Assembly: GCA_963664405.1 (NCBI GenBank)
Contig: OY761158.1
Span: 6,272,001-6,336,000, forward strand
Source: Thermoanaerobaculia bacterium
GTDB lineage: Bacteria > Acidobacteriota > Thermoanaerobaculia > Multivoradales > Multivoraceae
Direction of reading: 5' to 3'
DNA length: 64,000 nt
Part shown: positions 9,696 to 18,396 of the stretch, in pieces
Layout of the letters: each line of letters starts with the position of its first letter
Numbering within the stretch: position 1 is the first letter of the stretch
The notes under the pieces: model-generated
Database searches by the model: none
Told to the model about the DNA's origin: nothing
The model's input: only the letters and a program-made list of their open reading frames with translations
Made by a program: the position numbers and the translations under genes

Positions 9696-10203
9696 ACTAG
9701 ACCAGCGTTTCCAAAGTTCGCGCAGATATCTCGGGCCCTTCTGCCCGCTGGCGTCGTTTCGCCTCCTCGACATATTGCCCAATATGCCTGCGTCAGCGCG
9801 CCTCGCCCCGGAAAACGGACCTGCGGCCCGTTCTCCGGCCCATCTGTTGATGGCTGCGAGAAAGCGCATCCCGTTGGCTGCGAGCGCAGTTTCCGGGATG
9901 GAGTGAGCTGAGGGCTTCGCGACCGCGGGAAAGCTAGGCCTTCTTCAGGAAGGGCGGCATCATCCCGCCGGAACGGCGGTCCGGGTGCGTGGTCCCGGCG
10001 GCGTGTTTGCGGTCGGAAGAGATGCGTGAGTCGGTGTAGGGCTTTGCAGTGCGGGCTCTGCTCTGATAGAGCAGGCCGACCAGAGACGGCGAGAGCCCGG
10101 GAAAGCGAAGTAGAAAACGCCCCGGGCTCTGCCCCAAACCGCAGCATTAGCTGCGCTTGCAGTATGGCAGAGAGTCGGGGTCGTCGTCGAATGGGAGGCG
10201 ACG

Positions 10204-10599
10204 ATGCGACCGGACTACCGACTCTTCGACTGTGCTCGATGCCGTCGGCGTATCTCGCTGTGCTCGCACTGTGACCGTGGCCAGCGTTACTGCCGGGCTT
10301 GTGCTCTGGTGGCTCGTCGGGAATCGACTCGGGCGGCCGGCCATCGGTACCAGCGAAGCCTCCGAGGTCGGCATTGTCATGCCGCCCGTCAGGCCCGCTA
10401 CCGTCGGCGCCAGCGCGAGCGGGCAGAGAAAGTGACGCATCAGGGTACCCCAGGCGGTACTTCGGGGAGGACACTGTGTCGGATCGAGACTCCGAGGCGC
10501 GAAGTGCGCTACGACCCGAGGAATCCGCGATGCATGCAGTGTGGAGAGGCCTGCCGAGAGTTTGTGCGAACGAGCTTTCGTCGTTGCCGACGGAGATAG
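10204..10599 (+). CDS. IS21-associated small Cys-rich (zinc-finger-like) protein
   Basis: CARC..CSHCDRGQRYCRAC and C-terminal CMQCG motifs; lies directly upstream of istA inside the IS. Confidence 0.65.
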   Translation: MRPDYRLFDCARCRRRISLCSHCDRGQRYCRACALVARRESTRAAGHRYQRSLRGRHCHAARQARYRRRQRERAEKVTHQGTPGGTSGRTLCRIETPRREVRYDPRNPRCMQCGEACREFVRTSFRRCRRR

Positions 10600-10603
10600 G
10601 GGC

Positions 10604-12112
10604 GTGATCGACGCACAGCTGCGCGGGGAGATCCGTCGTCTGTTCCTGGTCGAGAAGTGGAAAGTCGGCACGATCGCTCGACAGCTACAGCTGCACCCCT
10701 CAACCGTGCGCCGGGCGCTGGAGAAGTCCGGCGTGCTACCCCAGCAGCGACGAGGGAGGATGATCGATCCTTACCTGCCGTTCATCGAGCAGGTGCTCGG
10801 GACCTACCCACGACTGCCGGCGAGCCGTCTCTACACCATGGTGGTGGAGCGCGGCTATCCAGGAGGCCCGGATCAGTTTCGCCACCTGGTGGCCTCGATG
10901 CGACCGAAGCCCCAGCGCGAGGCGTTTCTCTCGCTGCGCATGCTGCCAGGAGAGCAGGCGCAGGTCGACTGGGGCCACTTCGGTCGGCTCCGCGTCGGCC
11001 GGGCACATCGTCGGCTCTATGCCTTCGTCTTCGTGCTGTCGTTCTCGCGCACGGTCTTCGTGCACTTCACCCTCGACACTCGTCTCGAAACCTTCTTGCA
11101 CGCTCACCAGCTGGCCTTCCACTACGTCGACGGCGTCGTCAGGACCGTTCTGTACGACAACCTGCGAACCGCGGTGATCGAGCGGCAGGGAACCGCGGTG
11201 CGCTTCCATCCCGTGCTGCTCGATTTCGCCAGCCACTACGGCTTCCTTCCCACCGTCGCCGCGGTGGCTCGGGGAAATGAGAAAGGCCGCGTCGAGCGCG
11301 CAATCCGCTTCCTGCGAAGCTCGTTCTTCGGCGCCCGAACGGTGAGCGATTTGGATCGTCTGAATCGGCAGGTCCTGGAATGGTGCCAGAGGTCGCAGCG
11401 CAGACCCTGGCCGCAGGACCGACAGCGAACCGTGAAAAGCGCCCTGGCCCAGGAACGACCTCGACTGCTTGAGCTTCCCGGAGACGACTTCGAAACCGAC
11501 CTGCGACTGGAGATCAAGGTCAGAAAGACGCCGATCGTGCGCTTCGACCTCAACGACTACTCGGTGCCGCACAGTCATGTGCAGAGGACCGTCACGCTCC
11601 TCGCCAGCGAGCATCGGGTGCGGATCCTCGATGGCCAGGAGCTCCTCGCCGAGCACCCTCGCTCGTACTCCCGGGGCGAGCAGATCCTCGATCCTCAACA
11701 CCTCGAGGAGCTCCTCGCTCACAAACGCAGGGCCCGACGACACCGGGGCTTCCATCGGCTGTTTTCCGCTGTGCCTCGATGCGAAGAGCTGATGCAGCAG
11801 CTCGCCGAGCGAGGCGAGAACCTCGGAACGCAGACCGCCGGCCTGCTCCGACTCCTGCGCCAGTACGGCCCCCAGCGACTCGACAAAGCCGTGCGCGAAG
11901 CGCTCCTGAACCACGCACCGCGATTCCAGTCCGTCCGGCTCCTACTCGAACGGCACCAGCGCGGCCTCGGTCAGCCCCCGGCTTTACCGGTGCCGCTCAG
12001 CCAGGAGCTCCAACAGCGAGATCTCTCCGTGAGACCGCACAACCTCGAGGACTACGACCAACTTGGAGGCAACGACGATGGCCCGACCCAGGAAGAGTCC
12101 AACGATCCCTGA
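10604..12112 (+). CDS. istA: IS21 transposase IstA
   Basis: N-terminal HTH, PGEQAQVDWG, YDNLRTAV, EKGRVER DDE motifs; GTG start at 10604 inferred. Confidence 0.95.
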   Translation: MIDAQLRGEIRRLFLVEKWKVGTIARQLQLHPSTVRRALEKSGVLPQQRRGRMIDPYLPFIEQVLGTYPRLPASRLYTMVVERGYPGGPDQFRHLVASMRPKPQREAFLSLRMLPGEQAQVDWGHFGRLRVGRAHRRLYAFVFVLSFSRTVFVHFTLDTRLETFLHAHQLAFHYVDGVVRTVLYDNLRTAVIERQGTAVRFHPVLLDFASHYGFLPTVAAVARGNEKGRVERAIRFLRSSFFGARTVSDLDRLNRQVLEWCQRSQRRPWPQDRQRTVKSALAQERPRLLELPGDDFETDLRLEIKVRKTPIVRFDLNDYSVPHSHVQRTVTLLASEHRVRILDGQELLAEHPRSYSRGEQILDPQHLEELLAHKRRARRHRGFHRLFSAVPRCEELMQQLAERGENLGTQTAGLLRLLRQYGPQRLDKAVREALLNHAPRFQSVRLLLERHQRGLGQPPALPVPLSQELQQRDLSVRPHNLEDYDQLGGNDDGPTQEESNDP

Positions 12113-12872
12113 CGAACCACTACGAGAGCTCGCCCGATCCCTCGGCTTCTACGCCCTCGTCGACGACTGGGGCACCTACCGAGAACAGCCCTGGCTCGAA
12201 CAGCTGCTGCGCAAAGAAGAGGCCGAGCGCAAACGGCGCAGCCTCGAACGGCGCATCCGCACCAGCCGCGTCGGGCTCTTCAAGAGCATCGCCGACTTCG
12301 ACTTCTCCTGGCCCCAGCGCATCGACCGCGAGCAGATCCAGGATCTGCTCACCCTCCAATTCCTCGACGACATCACCAACGTCATCCTCCTCGGACCCAA
12401 CGGTGTCGGCAAGACCATGATTGCCAAGAACCTCCTCTACCAGGCGCTGCAACGAGGGGCCACCGCCAGCTTCGTCACCGCCTCCGACATGCTCAACGAT
12501 CTCGCCGTCCAGGAAACCCCCTCGGCGCTCCAGAGAAGGCTCTCCAAATACACCCGACCCTCGCTTTTGGCAATCGATGAGCTCGGCTATCTCTCCTACG
12601 ACCACCGCCACGCGGATCTCCTCTTCGAGGTCGTCTCCAGGAGATACGGCAACAAGCCCATTCTTCTCACCACCAACAAGCCCTTCGCCGAATGGGCCGA
12701 GGTCTTTCCCAACGCCTCCTGCGTCGTCACTCTCGTCGATCGACTCACCCACCACGCCGAGATCGTCAAGATCGAGGCTAACTCCTATCGCCGCAAGGAG
12801 GCCAAGGAGGCTGCTGAAAAAAAGGCCAAGGACCGCGCCAAAAGGCGGAGCGCAGCACGACGACGCTCATGA
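12063..12872 (+). CDS. istB: IS21 helper ATPase IstB
   Basis: GPNGVGKT Walker A, LLAIDELGY Walker B, TTNKPF.EW, DRL.HH. Confidence 0.95.
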   Translation: MEATTMARPRKSPTIPDEPLRELARSLGFYALVDDWGTYREQPWLEQLLRKEEAERKRRSLERRIRTSRVGLFKSIADFDFSWPQRIDREQIQDLLTLQFLDDITNVILLGPNGVGKTMIAKNLLYQALQRGATASFVTASDMLNDLAVQETPSALQRRLSKYTRPSLLAIDELGYLSYDHRHADLLFEVVSRRYGNKPILLTTNKPFAEWAEVFPNASCVVTLVDRLTHHAEIVKIEANSYRRKEAKEAAEKKAKDRAKRRSAARRRS

Positions 12873-13225
12873 CCCGAAGCCACTATCGGCGCCAGCTCCT
12901 CCGCCTCTATCGACTCCTTCCCGACACCCCGCACCGCTTCCACCACGGCGACCGCGTCATCGTCGACCAGCTCTTCGACCAAGACCTGCCTCTCACCGTC
13001 CTCCAGGCCGCCCTCCTCCTCGGCTCCGCCCGACGCGCATGCCGAGATCCGCGCCTACCAAAGCTCCAGCCCATCCGATCCCTCGCCTACTTTCTCCCCA
13101 TCCTCCGAGAACTCCCCACGACGCCACCCCCCGAGGGGTACCTCGACTATCTGCGCCACACCCTGAGTCACGCCTCGCGGGGACAAAAAACCGACTCGCA
13201 GCCAACTAAGTGCGCTTTCTCGTAG
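12869..13225 (+). CDS. Hypothetical IS21 passenger protein
   Basis: ATGA overlap with the istB stop; ends inside the right IR; contains IRSLAYFLP. Confidence 0.6.
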   Translation: MTRSHYRRQLLRLYRLLPDTPHRFHHGDRVIVDQLFDQDLPLTVLQAALLLGSARRACRDPRLPKLQPIRSLAYFLPILRELPTTPPPEGYLDYLRHTLSHASRGQKTDSQPTKCAFS

Positions 13226-13351
13226 CCGGTAACACCATCCCCGCCTGAGAACTACTCGCCTGCTTCGCAGGCTCCTAGCCAGCGAACAGAATGACCTCGA
13301 GCTATGCAGCCCGAACTTTGGAAACGCTGGTCTAATCTGGATCCAGGACCT

Positions 13352-14323
13352 TCAGAACAGCTTGCTCGGCGTTGCCCTGTCCTCGACCTCTTCGGGCTCG
13401 AGGTCTCGATACACAATGTCCATGAGGAGCCGAAGCGCCGTCCCCCGCACCACGGGCAGTGGGCGGGGGGCGCGATCGAAGAGATACTCGTCGATCAGGC
13501 ATCCGACATCTTCGAAACCGAGTGCATGGCGGATCGAGGCGGTTCCGGAGACCCGGCAATTGACCTCGAAGGGCCAGGCCTCGTCTTCGTCGGTGACGAT
13601 CGCCTGTAGATTGCAGCAGCCGCGGATGGCGAATCCTGCAACCATCGCTTCGACGATAGGTCGCAGTAGTCGCTCGTGTTCTGGGGCGGCTCGACAGCGG
13701 ACGGTGGCTCCTTCGGCGCTGGTCTCGCGCTCTAGACAGAGCATGCCGTGCAGAGAGCTCGATCGTGTTACGTACAAGGCGGTGGTGACCTCGCGGCCGA
13801 GGTGCCTCCGCTGCACGATCTGGTCGGTGTCGTAGGCTTTGGGATCGGGCGGGTCGAGGATGATCCCCCGCGATCCGTGGCCCGAGCGCGGCTTCACGAT
13901 CAACCTGTCGAAGCTGCCATCGTAGAGATGCGGTAGAGAGGTCGCTGCGAAGGGGATGCCGGCGCGGGCGAAGGCCCGAGCGGTCTCGAGCTTGTCGTGA
14001 AAAGTGGCGCAGGTCGATGCGGCGGTACCGGCGATGTGGTTCCCCAGCGCGGGGAGGCGCTTGAGCTCCACCGACTCGTCATCAGTGCACGGAATGACCA
14101 GATCCACCGTTTCGTCGCTACAGATTCGGGCGAATTGGGCGGCGAATTCAGGCGAACGGGCCCATGGCACTTCGTGGACGACGTCGCAGAGGTGGTTGCC
14201 TCCCGAGAGCCGGCGGGTGTTGGTGCCAACTAGACGAAGCGACTCCGGTTGCGCTCGCAGGATACGCAGCACTCCCTGGCCGACATTTCCGCCGATACCG
14301 GTGACGAGAACGGTGGAGGTCAT
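13352..14323 (-). CDS. ATP-grasp domain protein (carbamoyl-phosphate synthase-like, of the kind found in glycan clusters)
   Basis: VLVTGIGGNVG, DK..T, IVKPRSGHGSRG, FEVNCRVSG. Confidence 0.85.
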   Translation of the reverse strand: MTSTVLVTGIGGNVGQGVLRILRAQPESLRLVGTNTRRLSGGNHLCDVVHEVPWARSPEFAAQFARICSDETVDLVIPCTDDESVELKRLPALGNHIAGTAASTCATFHDKLETARAFARAGIPFAATSLPHLYDGSFDRLIVKPRSGHGSRGIILDPPDPKAYDTDQIVQRRHLGREVTTALYVTRSSSLHGMLCLERETSAEGATVRCRAAPEHERLLRPIVEAMVAGFAIRGCCNLQAIVTDEDEAWPFEVNCRVSGTASIRHALGFEDVGCLIDEYLFDRAPRPLPVVRGTALRLLMDIVYRDLEPEEVEDRATPSKLF

Positions 14324-14380
14324 GGTTCGATGCGGAGCCTACAAGAATACGGCCGCGGGGTGGCCTGGTCGGAGAGACAG

Positions 14381-16288
14381 TCAGCCTTCGGGTGCTGCCC
14401 AGTGATGGCGGCTGAGCTGCAGGCGCTCTCCGCGCAGAAGGGGCCTTGGCACTTGTAGAACCATTGCCTGGTCGCTTGCCGGTAGTCTCTCGCTGATCCA
14501 CCAGTTTCTCTTGCCGACGCGCCGGGAGTACAGCCGTACCACCTGATCGCCACGGCGTGCGGTCGGTACGAGGTCGGGGTTGGCGGGCCGCCTGAGGCGG
14601 AATGATAGGGAGGTCGACGCCTCCGCTGGACTCGAGATCGGGTCGAGGTGGAAGCTCGGGATGTCTTCGTTGTCGTACTCGAAGTCGAGAGTCTCGGTGT
14701 CGATCCGCTCTCGGACGTGGAAGAGCAGAGTGAGGCCTGGGCCGCGAGCGCGAAAGGGTCGCGCAGAGAGGGTTTCCACCCGCGCCGCGCGGTCCTGACG
14801 TTGCAGATAGGTCTCCCCGTCGAGGCCTTCGAGGTGTGTGGTGAGAAAGATCTCCGCGTCGGATTGATCGAGCAGGTCGGGTGGCACCTCGCCGAGTCGA
14901 CTCGGAACCCGGATCATGGCCTTCTGCTCGCTCGACACTCCGGCGAATTTGAGCGGTGCCGCTTCGAAGTAGGCGACTCTTCCCGCCCAGGGTCGTAGGC
15001 GGTCGCTGACACGACGCAATGCCAGGTCCCAGGTCGTCGGGACCTGGGCATCGTAGGCCCAAGCCTGGGCCGGCACCGTGATGGCGAGGGCGAGTACGAC
15101 ACCGGCAACGAGTTGAGCCCTGAAAGTCTCGAGGGAGGGAAGCCTCGTCTTGGCCAGTCGCCATGCCTCGACCAGAAGATTCGCTGCGGCCAGGGATGTG
15201 ACGGGGAGGAGGGGCAAGAAGTTGTTTGCCTTCGCGTAGGGCGTTGCGGCTGCGTACACCAGGCTATAGGCGATCGGAAAGCTCAACAGCATGGCTCTCG
15301 TGAGAGCGATCGTGGAGCCCGCCGCGGGTGGTGCGCCTCGGCGGCGCAAGGGCGCGATCAGCAGAACAACGATGCCGAGGATGGCGAGGGTGCCGAAGAT
15401 TGCTCCATGAAAGCCGGGCGAGACGAGAAAGCCGCACTCACGCACGAGGAGGTCCCATACTCGACCGACGAAGGTGGGGTCGGGGCCCCGTGCCTTTCCG
15501 GCGTAGATCGCCTGATTTCGTCCCAGAGCGTCCAGATAGCGATGGACTTCCGGGTTGAGCGCCAGGAAAGTCACGGCAGCGGTACTGCCGGCCGCCGCTA
15601 GCCAGGCCCAGTGGCGACGATAACGCCAGCCTAGGAACGCCGCGGCGATCGTGAGCGGTATCGCCACCGGTCCTCCGTTGAGCTTGGCGGCGAGCGCGAG
15701 TCCGATTCCTCCTCCCGCCAGCAGATAACGGCCCAGGGAGGGTCGCTCGATCGCCATGATGGACCAAAGCAGAGCAAGGAGAATGGTCAAGCAGAGAGTG
15801 ATGTCGGGTTTGAACATCGTAGAGAGCCGAATGTGCAGCGGTGAGGAGGCGAGGATCGCAGCTGCCACCAGGCCGGTCTCGGCCGAGAACAGCTTGCGGC
15901 CGAGAAGAAATGTGACGAGGAGCGAGGCGAGGCCGAAGCTCACCTGGATCAATCTGGCGGCGAGATAGCCCTCACTCCGCAACCGTCCGTTGCTGAAAAA
16001 GGTGAAGTCGTTGCCCACAAGCCCTGCGACCCGCTCCGCTGTGGTCATCAGCAGTGCCTGCGGGAGATAGGAGAGGCTAGGGTAGTAAAAGTTGACGGGC
16101 CTCGGGTTCCCGGTGGCCAGAACGGAGCGTAGGTTCCTGACGCTGTAGCGCTCGTCCCAGTAGTGCCCGGGTCTGAGTCCGTTGCCGGCAAACCAGATTC
16201 TCAGTCCGGCTGACCACAGGAGGAGCCCGGCGAGAAGGAGCCAGAGCATGCGGCGGTGGAGCCCCGTATTTCTTCGATCGGAGATCAT
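14381..16288 (-). CDS. GT-C fold glycosyltransferase (ArnT/GT39-like)
   Basis: WDE motif after the first TM, YPSL, KPD, GLALAAKLNG, multiple TM segments. Confidence 0.8.
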   Translation of the reverse strand: MISDRRNTGLHRRMLWLLLAGLLLWSAGLRIWFAGNGLRPGHYWDERYSVRNLRSVLATGNPRPVNFYYPSLSYLPQALLMTTAERVAGLVGNDFTFFSNGRLRSEGYLAARLIQVSFGLASLLVTFLLGRKLFSAETGLVAAAILASSPLHIRLSTMFKPDITLCLTILLALLWSIMAIERPSLGRYLLAGGGIGLALAAKLNGGPVAIPLTIAAAFLGWRYRRHWAWLAAAGSTAAVTFLALNPEVHRYLDALGRNQAIYAGKARGPDPTFVGRVWDLLVRECGFLVSPGFHGAIFGTLAILGIVVLLIAPLRRRGAPPAAGSTIALTRAMLLSFPIAYSLVYAAATPYAKANNFLPLLPVTSLAAANLLVEAWRLAKTRLPSLETFRAQLVAGVVLALAITVPAQAWAYDAQVPTTWDLALRRVSDRLRPWAGRVAYFEAAPLKFAGVSSEQKAMIRVPSRLGEVPPDLLDQSDAEIFLTTHLEGLDGETYLQRQDRAARVETLSARPFRARGPGLTLLFHVRERIDTETLDFEYDNEDIPSFHLDPISSPAEASTSLSFRLRRPANPDLVPTARRGDQVVRLYSRRVGKRNWWISERLPASDQAMVLQVPRPLLRGERLQLSRHHWAAPEG

Positions 16289-18131
16289 CGGGTCTCGAGT
16301 GGGAGCAACGGGGTCGGACCTGCGCGGGCTTGCGATCCCGGCTCAGGAAGCCGATTATAGTGGCGTGAGCGTAGTGAAGCGGGCTGGGGGAGTCGGGAGA
16401 GTCTTGGAGTGGGGTCTCCTGGGGGGGCTCCTGGTTTGGCTGGTCGTTGCCGCTTTTACCGTCGACAGAGAGAGTTGGCCGGGTTTGGTCGGAGACGAAG
16501 CGACCTACCTGATGCAGGCGGAGAGCCTCGCCTTCGACGGTGACCTTCGATTCGCCGCCGAGGACCTCGAACGCTTCAGGAGCCTTCATCCCTGGCCGCC
16601 GGAGGTCATCCTGCAGAGCGGTGACGGTGGAAATCGGGTGGCCTTCGGCAAGCCTTTCCTCTACGCCGCCGCGATCGCACCCTTCGTGCGTCTCTTCGGC
16701 GAGAACGGAGCGACCGGCGCCAATGCTCTCTTCCTGGCCGTGAGCTCGCTCCTCGCGGCTCTGGCGTTGTCTCGATCGAAGGCTGTTGCGGGTCCCTTGT
16801 GGGTGGCTGTTTTTGTCTTTGTCTCGGTCACTTTCGCTCATGTCTTCTGGATCCATTCCGACCTCTTTTATATGTGCACCACGGCTTCCGGGCTTGCCGG
16901 CGTTCATCTGCTCGCCGTAGGGAGTGGGCAAGGGAAGAGTAGGTCGACGACACGACGGATCTTGCTGTGGGGGCTGCTCGGCGCCTTGTTGGCGGTTGCC
17001 GGAGTCTCTCGACCTCCTTACCTCCTGGTCTTGGTGGTGGCGGCGCTCGCAGTACCCCGAGAAGAACGTCGTACGGGCCTCGGCGGGCTCGCGGCTGGAG
17101 CCGTCCTCGTTCTGATGGTCAGTAGCGGGGCGCAGTTTCTCACTGCCGGCGGCCTATCGCCCTACGGCGGCGAGCGCCGCGGCTTCTCTCGTCTCGAGGG
17201 TTTCCCTGGGGTCGATTTCCCGGCGGAGCAGTGGGCTCAAGCCGTTGCCGAGAAGGGCAATACGAGCTGGCTGGGCCGCGGGTCGTCCCAGGCTCGGCTT
17301 GATCTGGGCCTGCTTGGCTGGAACTCGCTCTATTTGTTTCTCGGCCGCCAGGTGGGAATCCTGCCCTATTTCTTTCCCGCGTGTCTGGCCCTGTTGGGAC
17401 TGCGTCGCAGCTCCAGAGTCTGGGTGTCGCTCGCGGTGGTGGCGGGCGTCCTAACGACCTTCATGGTGCTCCTGCCTTTCAACTTCTATGGTGGCGCGGG
17501 CTCCTTGGCGAACCGTTACTTCCTGCCGATCTATCCCCTGCTGTGGTTTTTGGTCCCGGTCGGGGCTCGCCGAGGCTGGCCGCTAGCGGCGGCTGTCGTC
17601 GCCGCTACCTTCATCTGGCCGTTGTGGACAAGCGCGAGCTCATACCCGGTGACGCCGGACGGCTACCGCTTCGTTCCCGCCGCGGCACGGAGGTGGTTGC
17701 CGGTCGAGTCGACCCAGCGGCACGCCAAGGCGCCGGGTCGTGCCGACGTGCTTCACCAGGGCCTCTGGTTGCGTTTTCTCAATGGCGCCGCGATCCCGGT
17801 TGGAACCGGCGCTGAACGTCTGCGGGTTGTGACAGGGCGGCCCGTCGAACTGCTGGTTGGGAGCGCCACGCCGCTGGCTGGCCTTGAGATCGAGGCTCTT
17901 GACGACGTCAGCGGCGAGCTTCAGGTCCTCGGCTCCAGGGTGCAGCCAAGGGACTCAGGAGAGGGATCCTGGACCCTCGATCTCGGCCGGCCGAGCGCTC
18001 GACACGAGATGTGGTGGACTCCGGAGCCGTTCTCGACGTACCACTTACGCGTGCGTTTCGACGGCCCCGACGAGGTGGTCGAGCTGCGCCTCCGTGAGGC
18101 GGTCCCTGCCCGGACGTCCCCTGACCGCTGA
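16182..18131 (+). CDS. Polytopic membrane protein, probable GT-C glycosyltransferase (true start probably ~16364)
   Basis: GDEATYLMQAESLAFDGDL, many TMs, GGAGSLANRYF; paralog of 18397-20631. Confidence 0.65.
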   Translation: MPANQILSPADHRRSPARRSQSMRRWSPVFLRSEIIGSRVGATGSDLRGLAIPAQEADYSGVSVVKRAGGVGRVLEWGLLGGLLVWLVVAAFTVDRESWPGLVGDEATYLMQAESLAFDGDLRFAAEDLERFRSLHPWPPEVILQSGDGGNRVAFGKPFLYAAAIAPFVRLFGENGATGANALFLAVSSLLAALALSRSKAVAGPLWVAVFVFVSVTFAHVFWIHSDLFYMCTTASGLAGVHLLAVGSGQGKSRSTTRRILLWGLLGALLAVAGVSRPPYLLVLVVAALAVPREERRTGLGGLAAGAVLVLMVSSGAQFLTAGGLSPYGGERRGFSRLEGFPGVDFPAEQWAQAVAEKGNTSWLGRGSSQARLDLGLLGWNSLYLFLGRQVGILPYFFPACLALLGLRRSSRVWVSLAVVAGVLTTFMVLLPFNFYGGAGSLANRYFLPIYPLLWFLVPVGARRGWPLAAAVVAATFIWPLWTSASSYPVTPDGYRFVPAAARRWLPVESTQRHAKAPGRADVLHQGLWLRFLNGAAIPVGTGAERLRVVTGRPVELLVGSATPLAGLEIEALDDVSGELQVLGSRVQPRDSGEGSWTLDLGRPSARHEMWWTPEPFSTYHLRVRFDGPDEVVELRLREAVPARTSPDR

Positions 18132-18147
18132 CTCCCCAGGTTGGCAG

Positions 18148-18310
18148 TAGACCAGCGTTTCCAAAGTTCGCGCACATGTCTCGGGCCCTTCTGCCCGCTG
18201 GCGTCGTTTCGCCTCCTCGACATATTCCCAATATGCCTGCGTCAGCGCGCCTAGCCAGCGAACAGAATGACCTCGAGCTATGCAGCACGAACTTTGGAAA
18301 CGCTGGTCTA
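18148..18310. repeat. MITE A copy 3 (intact, 163 bp)
   Basis: Perfect 23-bp TIR TAGACCAGCGTTTCCAAAGTTCG / CGAACTTTGGAAACGCTGGTCTA; central CATATT-CCC-AATATG hairpin. Confidence 0.92.
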
Positions 18311-18396
18311 GTCGACAATCCAGGCCCTCAACGCCTCTCTCTCGCGGCCGGCGCCCGCCACCCCCTGCCCGCGACGCTCTGCTAGACTGCCGCTCG

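Larger units (their letters stand above)
9845..13234 (+). mobile_element. IS21-family insertion sequence with four ORFs
   Basis: Imperfect IRs TGTTGATGGCTGCGAGAAAGCGCA / TGCGCTTTCTCGTAGCCGGTAACA; 5-bp target duplication CCATC at 9840-9844 and 13235-13239. Confidence 0.95.
9697..13335. repeat. MITE A copy 2 (9697-9803 + 13279-13335) containing module B, which in turn contains IS21
   Basis: Left TIR at 9697 and right TIR ending 13335; module B occupies the position of the internal CTAG of copy 3. Confidence 0.85.
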
